A stretch of DNA of 64,000 bases from NCBI RefSeq assembly GCF_036321535.1, contig NC_087436.1, forward strand, positions 115,012,001 to 115,076,000. Reading direction: 5' to 3'. The translations under genes were made by a program, and so were the position numbers. Of this stretch, positions 26,129 through 39,335 are shown piece after piece. The notes under the pieces are model-generated. The model was not told the DNA's origin, made no database searches, and worked only from the letters and a program-made list of their open reading frames with translations. The first letter of the stretch is position 1; each line of letters begins with the position of its first letter. Source of the DNA: Camelus dromedarius. Taxonomy: Eukaryota.

Positions 26129-26224
26129 CCGGATGTGCAGGAACAGGGATCTCGGCAACCTGGAGGCAAGATGATGCCTATAAAGTAATAGATCCTTTTA
26201 ATTCAAGTTCCACCCCATGCCAAG

Positions 26225-26400
26225 GAACTCACATGCTTTATTCTATGTTAGCGTCATAGCAGCCTAGCAAGTTGTGTCTTAAGGCGCCTGTTTTCTCAGT
26301 CCAGTGGCTAAGAGAGGTTAAGGCGTTTCCTAAGGTCACATAGCTTATAACTGGCACAGGCTAGGATTCACTTGACCTTCCAAGCTCCTGCTGCTTGCTC
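26225..26400 (-). mobile_element. MIR SINE
   Basis: 'agagaggttaaggcgtttcctaaggtcacatagctt...ggctaggatt'. Confidence 0.7.
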
Positions 26401-26931
26401 CAGAGCTGCGTCCAAATACACTCAAGGGGGCGCTCTTGCTGAAAGACAGCACAAAGCTGTCATTCAGACTCTTCTGGCTGTTCTCAACCCACCAGGGTGG
26501 AAGGCCCAGTGGTGATGTGTTACAGTGGAGACCGGAGGCGCTGTGACTCCCAGTGCGGCATCAGAAGTCTGTCACGAAGGGCCACTTAACGAGGCCCAGG
26601 AAGGCTGAAGGACATTTAAGTACCGCACGGTCTAACATGCGGAAAGCAATGTCTCCATCAGCCAGGCTTGAAGTCAAAAGCCCAACCCCGTTGCCTCTCT
26701 GAGGGGCAGCCTGTCTCCCAGGAATGTGGCCATGATAAACGAGAAATATGTATAAAGTGTGAGCCCTTGCCCCAGAGGGTGCTGAATAAATGCTGGGTAT
26801 TATACCATTGTTTATTTGGGCTACCCAAGTGCATTGGACTGAACAAGAGTATTTCTTTCACTGACAACCGCGGTCATTGTGGTGAAAAGATTTATGTTAC
26901 GACATATGAATGATGCCTCTGTGTACATGCA

Positions 26932-26938
<7 letters not shown>

Positions 26939-26962
<24 letters not shown>
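26939..26962. repeat. (GT)12 microsatellite
   Basis: Read directly. Confidence 0.95.
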
Positions 26963-27087
26963 TAATATTTGGTGTGCTGTGTAGGGAGATGGGGGATGCA
27001 TTTATCCTGGAAAATGAGCTGGAAATTTCGGGACAGTTTTGGTTACCCACAATTCCCTTTTGACAGACTTTCCTAAAGGTTCCAGCT

Positions 27088-27270
27088 TAATCATGGAACC
27101 TTGAATTTGAAGGGAAGCTCAGGGATCGCCTAATCCTGGTCTCTACCTAGTCTCAAATGCATCACTGTAACATTCTGGAGATGTGGTTAACCAACTTCTG
27201 CTTGAACACTTCTGCTGATGGGGAACTCACCACCTCTAGAGGGGCATTTTTTCCTTTTGTGGACAGCTTA
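27088..27270 (-). mobile_element. L3/CR1 LINE 3' fragment
   Basis: 'aatcatggaaccttgaatttgaaggga' and 'ctgcttgaacacttctgctgatggggaactcaccacctc' are hallmark antisense CR1 sequences. Confidence 0.7.
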
Positions 27271-27439
27271 AGGAAAAGAAGGGAAATCACCTTGATAGGA
27301 CACTTCAGCTATTTCATGCACTTGTGCCCAAAGCTTGGCATCTATCATTTTATGTGCCCCTCATCAGAACACTTGGAGTAGGTTTTACTACTGCTATTAT
27401 TACCACTCTCAAAGGTTTCTATGAAACAGACATTCTTCT

Positions 27440-27770
27440 GCGTGTGTTACATACATTGTTATTTAATCTTTCCAAACACCCTATGAGATAGTTACTCTTA
27501 TTTCTCTGTTTTATGGATAATGAAACTGAGGCTCAGAGAGGTTGAACAACCTGCTCAAGTTTGCACAGCTAAGAGTGGATTTGAATACAGGAAGTGGGAT
27601 CCAGAATCCACACTTCTTACTGCTATGTTTTGCTGCATCTGATCATCCTGAATTTAATGACAAGAAAAATAAAGTCCCAGAGAGCTTTAGTGACTGGTCC
27701 CAGGTCACGCCAGGGTGATTTGAACCTGACTGTCTGAATCCAAACCTTTGCTATTTCCTTAACCCCCACA
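27440..27770 (-). mobile_element. Two tandem MIR SINEs
   Basis: 'gaaactgaggctcagagaggtt' core followed by a second 'cagagagctttagtgactggtcccaggtcac...tttgaacctgactgtctgaatccaaa'. Confidence 0.75.
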
Positions 27771-28329
27771 TGTCCTCCAGTTATGAAAATGTGCTGTCAT
27801 TACCCACTGAGACAAAGTCGACGTCCATTTAGTTGTCGGCAGGGATCCTGGCTCAGCCGAAATGCCGGTGGACAATTATCCTATGATTTGTAAGCCTCTC
27901 TCCTTGTTCGCTTAAGTATCCAGTTCTTTTAGTCAGTCTTTGTTCTTTGTAACTTTCACCTGCTCTACTCTCATCTAGATATTTTGTTTCCTTCCTTCTA
28001 AAGAAGGAATGTTAAATTGGGTAGCTATCCCGGAGCACCAGTTAGGTAGAGTGGTCTAGATGAGCCACAATGAACGTAACTATGATCTTCCCTGCTCATT
28101 TATTCAGTTAATCAAATGTGTTTAATACCCTATTAAATACCAATGATCAGCTGTCTGTTATATGTCCAATTACATATCTGCACACATACAACATACGTAC
28201 ACACCTGTTACTGGGCTGTGAAATACTGATCTATTTAACCATTCACTCTTACCTCATATTTAATAGCTACATCTTAAAAAAAATATTGATATCTAGTTGC
28301 CAATTCCCCTCTTTTTTAAAAATTCATGT

Positions 28330-28650
28330 TGGTTATCTTGGCAATTCATTTTCCAATTAATTTTAGGGTGAGTTTTTAAGCTTTGTTGAAATTTCTATTG
28401 ATATTTTTATTGTAATTACATTTAAAATAGCTTTATTTCAGGAGCTCTGACATCTTCATTATATGCAATCTTTTAACCTGTGATCATGTTTTCTATCTCT
28501 ATGTAAGTTTATTATTTTTTTATTGGTATAAGTTTAACAGATATTCTCTGTGAAATTCTTAGGCACATTTTATTAGATTTATTCCAATGCATTTTACATT
28601 TTTGATGTTGTGAGTGTTATAATATTGTTATGATACGTTTTTAACATTTT
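28330..28650 (-). mobile_element. Ancient L1 ORF2 fragment
   Basis: 'tcattttccaattaattttagg...tgacatcttcattatatgcaatctt...ttttattagatttattcc'. Confidence 0.55.
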
Positions 28651-28819
28651 AATAATTTTTGCATGTTCATTTCATTTTGAAAATCAGGATTTTCACAGCA
28701 CCTTCTGTGGGGTCTTGGGGACCTGGGCGGAGCAGCAACTCTGGGGTCCTCGAGGTGGGGTGAACACTGATGCTGAGGGAAGGGGGCCTGAGGACCCCTC
28801 TCCCTGACACCATCCCCTA

Positions 28820-30330
28820 CACCACTTGGACTTGGGGATTTGTTTTATCCTGTGAACATTAGGAAGCCTTTGGAATGTTTTAAGAAGATTAGATTGTCTG
28901 GCTGCTCATTGGAAAACTTAGTGGTAGAGGAGCAAGGGGCAACACAGAGAGATCACTCTGGAGTCTTTTTCGGTAACCCTGACAGGCGAAAATTATTGTT
29001 CCAACTTCATGATTTTATGAGGTTTTAGCGGAAGTAGGAGATGGAGTTAATACAGGACATACTTTGTGTATACGATTGACAAGCTTGACTGATAGCTCAA
29101 ATATTGGCATTGAGTGGAAAGAGGGATCAGGGATTATGCCTAGATTTTTGCTTTAAACGTCTTGTTGGATGATGGTGACTTTGGCTACTTAGGGGAGGAT
29201 TAGGAGAGAAATAGGCTTGCTTGTGTGTGTGTGCGTGTGTGTGTGCATAAGGGAGAGAGAGAGACAGAGAAAGAGAAAGTGAGACAAGATCATATGGAGT
29301 TGGATATTTATGTTGAATGTAGGAAGATGTCAGAGGTACCTGGGAAATTCTGGGAGGCAGATACACACAAACAGGCAACTATTTTAAAGTTTCCTAAGCT
29401 TTAACAAATGGGGATCTTACTTGGACAGTGTGTTACTTAGATAGTAGAGAGGTCATGCTACTGAATACAAAGCAGTTACCTGTCAGCATCATTTTAATGG
29501 TTTGCTGAGCAGGGGCCACTATTTTAACAACTTTGTGTCCTAGCATAATAGTTCATTACTTGTACACAATCCTTTTATTGTGTTTTAGAAAATTGGTTGT
29601 GGGCTTGAGATTGACACGTGACACACTGTAATTTTTTTTTTTTCCTATTTAAAATAATGGGTAATAGCCTCCCAGTCAGCATTTTTGTTCCTGGTTTTCA
29701 GGAAGGACTTGCTAACGTGAAGTGGGAGGTGGCCCTAGATGGTATTTAAGTCTAGGTGACTGATGGCCTTTGTCTCTGGAGATTGTGTGGACACAGACAA
29801 GAAAGGGGCTCAGGCTCTGAGCCTCTGAAAGGACGAATGAAGAGAAGGAGGAGCCAGCAAGGAATAAATGGAAGAAGGAACGGCCAGTGAGGAGGGAGAA
29901 GGACTAGGTCAATGTGATAAGGGAGAAGGGAACAGAAGAAACTATCTCTACAAAAAGGAGAAGTGAAATAGTGGTGAACTATGGTAGCAGGACACAGAGG
30001 CCATTGTGGATTTTCGGAAGAGTCCTCCCCTGGGGAGGGTATGAATGACCCTGAAAACAGCAGCGACAGCCAACTTTTCAGCGTTCTGCTCTGGTGGGGA
30101 GCAGGCATATGCAGTTAGAGCTACAGGGGGAAATGGCTTCAAGGGAGAGTTACGTTTTAAGATAGAGTGAGTATAATTGTGTATATCGGCTGATGAAACA
30201 TAGTTGGTCAAGAGGGAGAAACAGCTTGCAAAAAAAGAGAATGGAAATTTTCAAGTGCAAAGTCTCTGCATGGGCAGCAGGGTGGAGAATGTGGGCTTGA
30301 AGAGGAGCAGCTGATCTGCAGTCATAGGAG
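28820..30330 (-). mobile_element. Fragmented L2 with internal simple repeats
   Basis: 'ggatttgttttatcctgtgaacattaggaagcctttggaatgttttaag' and later purine-rich L2 blocks at ~29700-30330. Confidence 0.55.
29222..29285. repeat. Compound (TG)n/(GA)n repeat
   Basis: Read directly. Confidence 0.85.
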
Positions 30331-30341
30331 AAAAAGCAGGA

Positions 30342-31295
30342 TGTATTATTTTAATTAGGATGCTTTGCAAGTAATAGCAAGCTGCTCCTCAGGGGGCTTA
30401 AAAACTAAGGAGGTAGTAACATGCAGGGCAGCTCCAGTTTGGGTAAAATTAAGCCAGCCAGCGGCATCAATAATGTAATTCCTTTCCATGTGTCTGTTTT
30501 GACACTTTCCCACTTTTACTTCTCGTGAAAGAAGGGGAATTACTGTATCTCCTTTTAGTGTCTCTTTTCAGTTTAAAGAAAACCTTTTCCCAGAAATCCC
30601 CCGCTGACTAGCTTTCGCACATACTGGCCAGGATTCTATTCGCTTCCCCTGCCTAGTCCAATCACTGGCAAAGGGAAGGGTCTACAGTGTTTTGCTTAAA
30701 TAAAATAAAATGTATCCTCTGGGGCTGGTGATACTTATACTACTGTGGGTCCCAAGAGAATCTAAGTTTAAGGATTTTTGTGTGTATAGTGAGTTACTGA
30801 GTGCTGTGAACAGAAAGCAGTTAGGAAATAATCTCTGTCTCTCTGTCTCTTTGTCTCTCTCTGTTTTTATTTATTTATTTATTTTTGCTCTCTCATCAGG
30901 GTCTCTCTCCCAAGGTCCCAAAGTGTCTTGTTTTTCTATATGTACTCACTGTCTCCTCCTTATAAAATAATTTCTTTGATTTGATCAGGTTGGACAAAAC
31001 CCTTCTTGTCACCCTAATCCCAACTGTATGTAGCCTTTTGGCTCCAGCTGGCTACATTCTCTCAGTTTCCTAATTCCAGAATTCTTGAAAGCTAATGATG
31101 ATTGGCTTAGCTCATATTTTTCTTTCCAGCCATAGGATGTTAGTCAGCCTCTTGGTAAGCTGAACTCGAGCAAATGCCCACCCTGATCCAATTGTCTGTG
31201 ACAGCAGAGGCTGTGGGTTAGGGCAACTCACCTTTCACAAGGTTTATGGACAGGAAATGTGAAGGACAGTCACTTGCAAAACATGTCTAATACAA
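30342..31295. mobile_element. Degenerate MaLR/ERVL LTR fragments
   Basis: 'tgtattattttaattaggatgctttgcaagtaatag', 'ttttcccagaaatccccc...actggccagga...ccaatcactggcaaaggga'. Confidence 0.45.
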
Positions 31296-31379
31296 TTACG
31301 TTCTTTTAAGATTGTGCAGATTACATAAGAAAAATATTTATAAAGTGAGCACTCAATAAATTTTCATTCCTTTCTTTTT

Positions 31380-31865
31380 TCTTCATTTATTCAACAGACA
31401 TTTATGAAACACCCACTTTCTTCTAGATACTAGAAATACACAGATTAAAAAAAAAAAGACACATTCCTTATGAGAAATCACAGCTAATCAGATAAGCATT
31501 CTTAAGCAGTCAGTCCAGAGCACTGAGAGTGTAAACAGAAGATTAACACCTAACTCAACCTCAAGCCAAAGCTTGATCTAAGTCTTAAAGTCTAAGGAGT
31601 TAACCAGACAAACAAGGATGAGGGAGGACAAGCGTCAAAACTTGATGAAATTGCACAGCTTCTGTGCTTCACAATTTCAAGAAGTCCTGTTAGCATTTTA
31701 TTCTGTGTATCTGGATTTGTGCAATATGGCAACAGTGTAGGAAAGAGCAAGCAGCTTGATTTGACTGAAATTTCGTAAGGATAAGGGCTAGAGAAGTAAG
31801 CAAAGGCTAGATATAGAAGGACATTTTGAAAGGCCTTACAGGAAGTAATTTTTTTAAAAGCAATG
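31380..31865 (-). mobile_element. L2 3' end
   Basis: 'ttcatttattcaacagacatttatgaaacac' antisense L2 terminus; L2-like sequence seems to resume near 38210-38250. Confidence 0.65.
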
Positions 31866-32432
31866 CAAGAGTTTCAGATATGAGTAAGACGGAGTAGGCA
31901 TACTCCACACTTGCTATCCCGTGGAATGCAACTATGGAACCTGGACAGAATGCATGGGGAAGTTTTGGGGTTTTTTTGTTTGTTTGTTTTTGTTTTTGTT
32001 TCTCCTCAGACTCTAAGAATTAAATAGGTGCAGAAGTTTGAGGGAGAAGACCAGAATTCAAAGTACCACTGAACCATCAGTGAGATTTTTAATTACTTTT
32101 CACTCAGCTATCCCCCAGCCACACACAGCTATGCAACACAGCTCAGGACTTGGAAGTGGGGACTGGTGTGGGCAGAGAGAACTCCAGGAGAAGCACTCTT
32201 GATCTGGCTCAAGTACTGAAAACTAACTTCTTGATGGCCAGAAAGAATGGGCTAAACACTCCATTAAAAATATTAATTCTCTCATATGGCAGCAAATACC
32301 TAAAATTCTGAAGAAGTGTAATCTTCCTTTTTGGTCAGACAAGATATGCTTCCAAGAAGGTAGAGAAAACCTCATTTTTTTATTCTCTCTTTCTGTCCTT
32401 CACATCTTGACCCCAGACATGTGAGTTGCCAC

Positions 32433-32572
32433 ATTTTTTTTTTTTTAATATCAAAGCACACGTTTGGCTTGTTTTGTTTGTTTTATGGGGAGAGGGTGGT
32501 AATTGGATTTATTCATTTATTTCTATTTGGAAGAGGTGCTAGGGATTGAACCTGGGACACCGTGCCTGTCAA
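32433..32572 (-). mobile_element. 5'-truncated tRNA-derived SINE (Vic-1-like)
   Basis: Reverse complement gives B-box 'ggttcaatccc' then 'agcacctc', an A-rich linker, 'aattaccaccctctccccc' and a polyA, matching the layout of the 33608 SINE. Confidence 0.75.
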
Positions 32573-33607
32573 ACTACTATAGGAGAGCAGAGTAGATAAA
32601 GCCTCAGCTGTGAGGCTGGAGGACCGACAAGGGGAGTTACAGAAAGTTCTGAGAAGATTTCAGAGAGGAACAGTTCCAGAAAACAACTCTAACTCTTGTT
32701 TGTGAACTCCTGGGCACATTCCAAGCTATGTATGCATAGACATGCTAAAACAAAAAATATTTAAAATTTTCATATGATTTAAATAAGATCCAGCAATTAC
32801 AACATAATATTTAAAAAATTCAGAATACTACCTCCCACCAATTACTTAATATAAGAAAGACAACATCAGCTCACAGGGCACCCGGGGGTCAACAGATGCT
32901 AAAGTAGATGTTGGAAGTGTCTGCCAGGCTTTAAAACGGCTATGTTGAAAATGCTTCACCAAGTTAAGGTGAACACTCGTGAAACAAGTGGGAAGGTAGA
33001 AAGTCTCAGCAAAGAAATAAAAGATACAAAGAAAAGCCAAATAGAAATTTAAAACAGGAAAGCTTATTAACCAAAGTAAAAGTGTAGAATAGGCTCAAAA
33101 GCAGAATGGAGGGGACAGAGGAAGGAATCGATAAACCTGAAGTAGATCAATAGAAATTTTTCAATGTGAGGAGCACAAGGAAGAAAGGTTTTTTTAAAAA
33201 ATGAACAGTTTCTCAGGGACCTGTGGTACAATACCAAAATATGCAAAATTTATGGGATAAAAGCTTCAGGAGATGAGAAATAGTGTGCAGAAGAAATATT
33301 TGAAGACATAAAGGTAGAAACTTCTAGAATCTGGCAAAACCATAAACTTACAGATTCAAAAGTTGAGCAAATCTCAAACAAACAAACAAACAAACAAACA
33401 AAAAACCAAATAACAACAACAAAAAACCAAAGAAGTCCACACTCAGACACACGATAATCAAGCTCCTGGAGATGAAAAGCAAAGAAAAAAATTTTGAAGA
33501 CACAGAAAAATGATGCACTACTTAGGGAAATAATTTCAACAGCTACAAATTTTTTCATGAGAAAGTTTCATGAGAAGTGAAACGACACTTTTAAAAGGTT
33601 GAAAGAG

Positions 33608-33727
33608 GGGGAAGGTACAGCTCAAGCAGTAGAGCACATGCTTAGCATGCACCATGTCCTGGGTTCAGTCCCCCGTGCCTCCTCTAAAAAACAAACAAAC
33701 AAAGCTAATTACCTCCCCCCACCAAAA

Positions 33728-33778
<51 letters not shown>

Positions 33779-33800
33779 AATAAAAATAAACCAAAAAATT
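33608..33800 (+). mobile_element. tRNA-Ala-derived SINE (camelid Vic-1 type), full length
   Basis: 'ggtacagctcaagcagtagagcacatgcttagcatgcac...gtcctgggttcagtcccc' aligns to tRNA-Ala(AGC) with A/B boxes; (TAAA)n tail; TSD a(a/g)aaggttgaaagag at 33593-33607 and 33801-33815; TT|AAAA target. Confidence 0.9.
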
Positions 33801-34573
33801 AGAAGGTTGAAAGAGAATAATAGTTTACCCAGAATCCTCTATCAAGTGAAAATGACGATCAAATGCAGAAATGATGTGAAATTAAGTCATCTTCCAATGA
33901 AGTAGGACTAAGAGAATTTGTTGCCAGCAAGCCTACTTTAAAATAATCATTAAAGAAAGTTTTGCAGACAAAGAAACAACCACCATATTCGGTTTATATA
34001 AAATTCACTTCAAACATAATAATAAAGGTGAGATAAAAATGGAAGAAGGGGAAGATATGCCATGCAAAAATTAAAAGAAAGAGCTAATATCTAGCTATAT
34101 TGATATCAGAAAAAATAAGCTTCAGAGCAAACACTGTCAGTGATAAAGTGAGATACTACGTAATGAAAACAAAGTAAATTCACCAAAAAGACATAAAAAT
34201 CTTGAATGTGTGAAAAAGGTCCTTACAACAGAGATTCAAATTTTCAGAAATAAAATTTGACAGAACTGAAAGGAAAAGTATACCTAGCCACGATTATATT
34301 TGGGTATATAACTATTCTTTCCATAATTCAACCTCTGCTTTTAGTAATCAACAGAGTTAGCGGACAAAAAGTCAACCAGGATATAGAATAACTGAATAAG
34401 AGCATCAGTACTGATATTGGTGTTCTGGGTCTTCTTTTTTTTTTTTTTTTTTTTTAATGCTCATAGCACTCTCTAACCCAAAACAGAAGAATATATATTC
34501 TCTTCAAGTAGACACAGAACATTCACCAAGGTAGTACATATCTTGGGTTGCGAAACAAAGTATTTTGAATTTT

Positions 34574-34630
34574 GAATTCAACAGAACATAAATTCCATAA
34601 CTTAGGTGAAACTGACTTATTCCTCAGAAA
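34574..34630 (+). repeat. Exact 57-bp copy of 35241-35297
   Basis: gaattcaacagaacataaattccataacttaggtgaaactgacttattcctcagaaa is identical at both sites. Confidence 0.95.
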
Positions 34631-36374
34631 ATTCAAAATACCTGAAATCATACAAAGTTTCTTCTTTCACCATAGTAGATTAAACTAGAACTTAATAGCA
34701 GAGATTATATGACTTTCTAAACATTTAAAAATTAAACAATGTGCTTCTAAATAATCCATGGTCAGAGAAGAAGTCCCAAAGTAATTAAGGCAATATTTTG
34801 AATTGAATAAAAATAAAAATACAATTTTACCAAAATTTGTCGGATGTAGTTAAAGTAGTTCACGGAGAAAAATTCACAGCATTAACTGTTTAAAAATTAG
34901 AAAAGAAGGAAGATAATTAATAATCGCAAATCAATAATCTAAGTTCCCATCTTAAACAACTAAAAAAAGACAAGCAAAATGCACCCAAACAAGGAGAAGA
35001 AAGAACATAAAAAAGAAAAGGACAGAAATCAATGAAATTTTAAACAGAAAAAAAACAGTAGATAAAATCAGATAAAAAGCTGTTTTTTTTTTTAAAAAAA
35101 AAGATCAATAAAGTTGATGTATCTCTATCAAGACCAAAAAAGAAAAACATAACTTACTAATCAGGAATGAAAACTGAGGCACCATTACAGAGCTCATGAA
35201 TATTAAAAGGATAATAAAGGACTCTATTAACAATTCTATAGAATTCAACAGAACATAAATTCCATAACTTAGGTGAAACTGACTTATTCCTCAGAAACCA
35301 CAGGTACCAAAACTCACCCCACATGACATAGGTAACCCAGTGTCATAATTATAAATAAATTAGATTTGTATTAAAGAACTTTTCAAAAAAAAGAAATCTC
35401 CAGCTCCAGATAGAATTCTACCAAACCTGTAAAGGAGAAATACCAATTCTAGACAACCCCTTCTAGCCAACAGAGGAGGAATGAACACTACTAATTTTAT
35501 GAGGCAGGTATTAATCTGATATGAAAACCAGACAAAGATAATACAAAAAAATCCTTCTTGTACATAAACAAAAAAATCCAGAAAGGTATTAATAAATCAA
35601 ATCTAAAAATATATAAAAATAATACATGATTATCAAATGAGATTTTTCCAGGGAGTGTAAGCCTGATTCAATATTTGGAAATTAATCAATGTTATCTACC
35701 ATATTAACAACTTAAAGAAAAAAAAATGCTCATATTAATAGATACAGAAAAAAACATTTAACAAAATATAGCATCATTTATGATCAAAATTTTCAGTCAA
35801 CTGAGAATAGAAGGGAGCTTTCTTAAGCTTATAAAGAGCATGCCCCCCAAAAATCTAGAGGTGGTGACATTCTTAATGTTTCTAAAATTATTTTTTAGAA
35901 AGGCAGATGAACAAGAATTGTGAAAATGGTAGAATGAAGTTAAGAGTACTCTTAATAATGGATTTTAAGACTTACTGTAAAGCTGTACTGACTGCGACCT
36001 GGTGGATTGCAGGGACTGATATATAAATCAAGGGAATATGAGAGAATCTGTAAGTAGGTACACACATAGCCAATTGATTTTTGACAAAGATGCAAAGGCA
36101 ATTCAATAGAGAAACAACAGCCTTTTTAGTAATTGTTTTGGGGAAAATTGAACAACCACATGTGAAATAATGAACCTCAACTTAAACTCACACTTCATAC
36201 AAATATGAACTCAAAATGCTGCACAGATTTAAATGTAAAACATTAAGCAATAAAAATTTTTGAAAATCTCTATGACCTAGGGTTAAGCAGGAAATTCTTA
36301 GCTATTATCCCCAAAGCACAATTCATATAGTTTTTAAAAAGTGATCAATTAAAATTTATCAAAAATGTTTTTTA

Positions 36375-37205
36375 AATTATTTTTTTTAAATTGAAGTATA
36401 GTCAGTTTACATTGTTGTGTCAATTTCTGGTGTACAACATGATGTTTCAGTCATACATGAACATACATATATTCCTTTTCATATTCATTTTCATTACAGG
36501 TTGCTACAAGATGTTGAATATAGTTTTCTGTACTATACAGAAGAAAATTGTTGTTTATTTTATATATAATAGTATCTGAAAATCTCGAACTCTCAATTTA
36601 TCCCTTTCTACCCGCTTCCCTGCCCACCCACTCTGGTAACCGTAAGTCTGTTTTCTATGTCTGTGAGTCTGTTTCTGTTCTGTAAATAAGTTCATTTGTG
36701 TCTTTAAAAAAATTTTTTTTAGATTCCACATATGAGTGATGTCATACGGTAGGCTTCTTTCTCTTTCTGGCTTACTTCACTTAGAACGATGATCTCCAGG
36801 TCCATCCATGTTGCTGCAGATGGCATTATTTTATTTTTTATGGCTGAGTAGTATTCCATTGTATAAATATACCACAGCTTTTTTATCCAGTCATCTGTTG
36901 ATGAACATTCCATGTCTTGGCTACTGTATATAGTGCTACTATGAACATTGGGGTGCATGTATCTTTTCGAATATGTGCCTAGGAGTGGGATTGCTGGATC
37001 ATATGGTAAGTCTTTTCTAAGCTTTTTGGGGACTCTTCATACTGAAGAGTCATACCAACAGTGTAGGAGGGTTCCCTTTCCTCCACACCCTCTCCAGCAT
37101 TTATCATTTGTGGAGTTTTTAATGATGGCCATTCTGACTGGTGTGTGGTGATACCTCATTATAGTTTTGATTTGCATTTCTTTGATAATTAGAGATACTG
37201 AAGAT
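36375..37205 (-). mobile_element. Younger lineage L1, 5'-truncated (ORF2 C-terminus and 3'UTR), nested in the old L1
   Basis: ORF 36719-36958 contains 'DDWIKKLWYIYTMEYYSAIK' (L1 ORF2 C-terminus); polyT at left end; related to copies at 51884 and 54781. Confidence 0.9.
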
Positions 37206-39149
37206 TTTAAAATTACTTTTTGAAAGATAAGAGAATGAAAAACATGTCACAGACTAGAAAACAATATTTTAAAATCACATATCTGACGAATGACTTGTAC
37301 AGAACATAATTTAAAAAATCAAAACTCAACAATAAGAAACTAGAAACCCATTTAATAGTGGTCAATACATTTGCACTGACATTTAACCAAAGGGGATATA
37401 CAGAAGACAAGCACATTAAAAGATGCTTAATATCATAAGCCACGAGGGAAATGTGAGTTAACATCACCATGAGAAAACGGTACATGACTATTAGAACACC
37501 TTTAAAAATACAGGTAATACTCAAGCTATGGAGAGGATGCAGGGAACCTGGAATTCTTATATGTTGCTGGTAGAAATGCAGTATGGTGTAGTCATTCTGC
37601 AAAACACTTTGGCAATTTGTTTTAAAGATAAAATTTACTTATCGTATGACACAGCAATTCTATTCCTAGGCATTTATCCTAGAGTTATGAAACCTTATGT
37701 TCACACAGAAACCTGCATATGAGCGTCTACAGCTCTGCTTACAACTGCTCCAAACCGAAAACAAGTCAAATAGCTTCTAGTGGGTGAATGGACAAGCAAA
37801 CTGTGATACATCCATACAATGGAATCGTTTCCAGCAATGAAAAATAATAAATTATGGAGGCACAAAGCAATTTGAATGAATCTCAAAAGCATTATGCTGA
37901 GTGGAAGAAGCCAGTCCCCAAATTTACATGCTGTGTGACGACATTTATATGACCATCTCAAGAAAACCCAAATTGTAGTGATGGAGAATAAATCAGTGTT
38001 TGACAGGGAAGTGGAGAGGATATGTCTGTTAAAAATGATCAGTTTGGGGGTGGGTGATGGGATTGTGCTATCTTGATTATGGCGAGGGTTACAAGAACCC
38101 ATGTGTGTGTTACGATTCACAGAACTGTGCACTGAAAGAGGTCAACGTTAATACCTGAAACTGACGTTGTAAAGGGACCGCACGCCAGTAAAACTCAGAG
38201 TTAAAAAAAAGAATGGGGACGATGGATTAGAGGGGTGCAAGGCAGAGGCATTTCAACTCCTCAAACTTCTAGAATTGTATTGAATGACTCCAAATCTTCC
38301 AGCAGGGAGTTTGAAAATCTGGAGGGATTCCTCATGGAAGAAGCTTTCCTTCCATGCAGAGACGTCCAATCCTTGAGAGGGGATTTCGCTAGCTGTAAAC
38401 TCCATTAGGAAACCCTTCTCTTTGAACAAGGTTTCCATCTTTGCACAGGAGCCCTCCCCCTCCCTCAGCCCCAGGGTTCTGTGGAGTGGGAAGTTAAACC
38501 AGCGCAAAGTTCTATGAACTGGGAGGATGAGGGCCTGGCCAGCCCTGAGCCATAAATGACACGGACTCCAGGCGTTTTGTGAAGCGGTGACATGTGGGCT
38601 CATGAAATGATACAATGCAGTGGGCTTAGGAGCCTGCCTGTGTACACGGTGACATGATTGTGTTTTATGGACTGAAAAACTGTGCTACAAACTGGCAGGG
38701 GTGTGTGTGTGTCGGGGGGTGGGAATCAGGAAGAATTAAGCATTTGGTTGGATCAACTCCACAGTCTTTCAAGAGAGACCAAGTGGACAATGATAGCTTT
38801 TGTGGAGTTTTCTTAAACTCTATGAATTATGAGATGTGACATGAGTGTGTTGTTTCCGCAAATGATTTGTTTGTGACATAATTAGGACTGTATTTATTTA
38901 CTCAGCTAGCATTTAATGAGCCGGTCCTCTGAGCTAAGCACTGAGATAGGCATTGGGAACAGAAAGAAATTGGACCCTGAAGCAGCTCTGCTTAGCAGGC
39001 TGGAATCTTGAGGCCTCTGAAGGTACTGGGACAAATCATCTCATCTAAGCAAAAACTGGAGCGAGGCCACTGTGCCAGAGAGAAGAGCTAGCTCGCTCCA
39101 CGTTAACAGATACATGTCATGTCTTCCTTGGGTAGTCAGCCATGACCGC

Positions 39150-39335
39150 CCTGCTTTGCCAGTTACTACCTGTGCGATCTGGGGCAGGTAACTGAACTTC
39201 TCTGTGCTTTAGTTTCATTCAAAGAACAGGGATAATGATTGTTCCTATTTCACAGGACAAGAATGAAGAATAAAGAATCAAGAATCTAAAGTCCAGACAC
39301 ATGGTAAACATTCAACAGGTGTTCATATTTATTAG
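39150..39335 (+). mobile_element. MIR SINE
   Basis: 'ctgctttgccagttactacctgtgcgatctggggcaggtaactgaacttctctgtgctttagtttc'. Confidence 0.75.

Larger units (their letters stand above)
31868..38210 (+). mobile_element. Ancient near-full-span L1 (L1MC/MD-age): 5'UTR, ORF1 and ORF2 remnants, 3'UTR; internally deleted, with nested insertions
   Basis: A-rich sense strand; ORF1-like ~32900-33960, endonuclease-like ~33990-34700, jump across much of RT near 35880-35930, C-terminal/3'UTR motifs 37210-38200. Confidence 0.85.

Noticed and set aside
33608..33685. Functional tRNA-Ala gene
   Set aside because: Mutated stems, SINE body, A-rich tail and TSD identify it as a SINE
34574..35297. CRISPR-like or LTR-like direct repeat pair
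   Set aside because: Only two copies, no spacer periodicity, no TG...CA termini; the intervening DNA is ordinary L1 ORF2 in a mammalian genome
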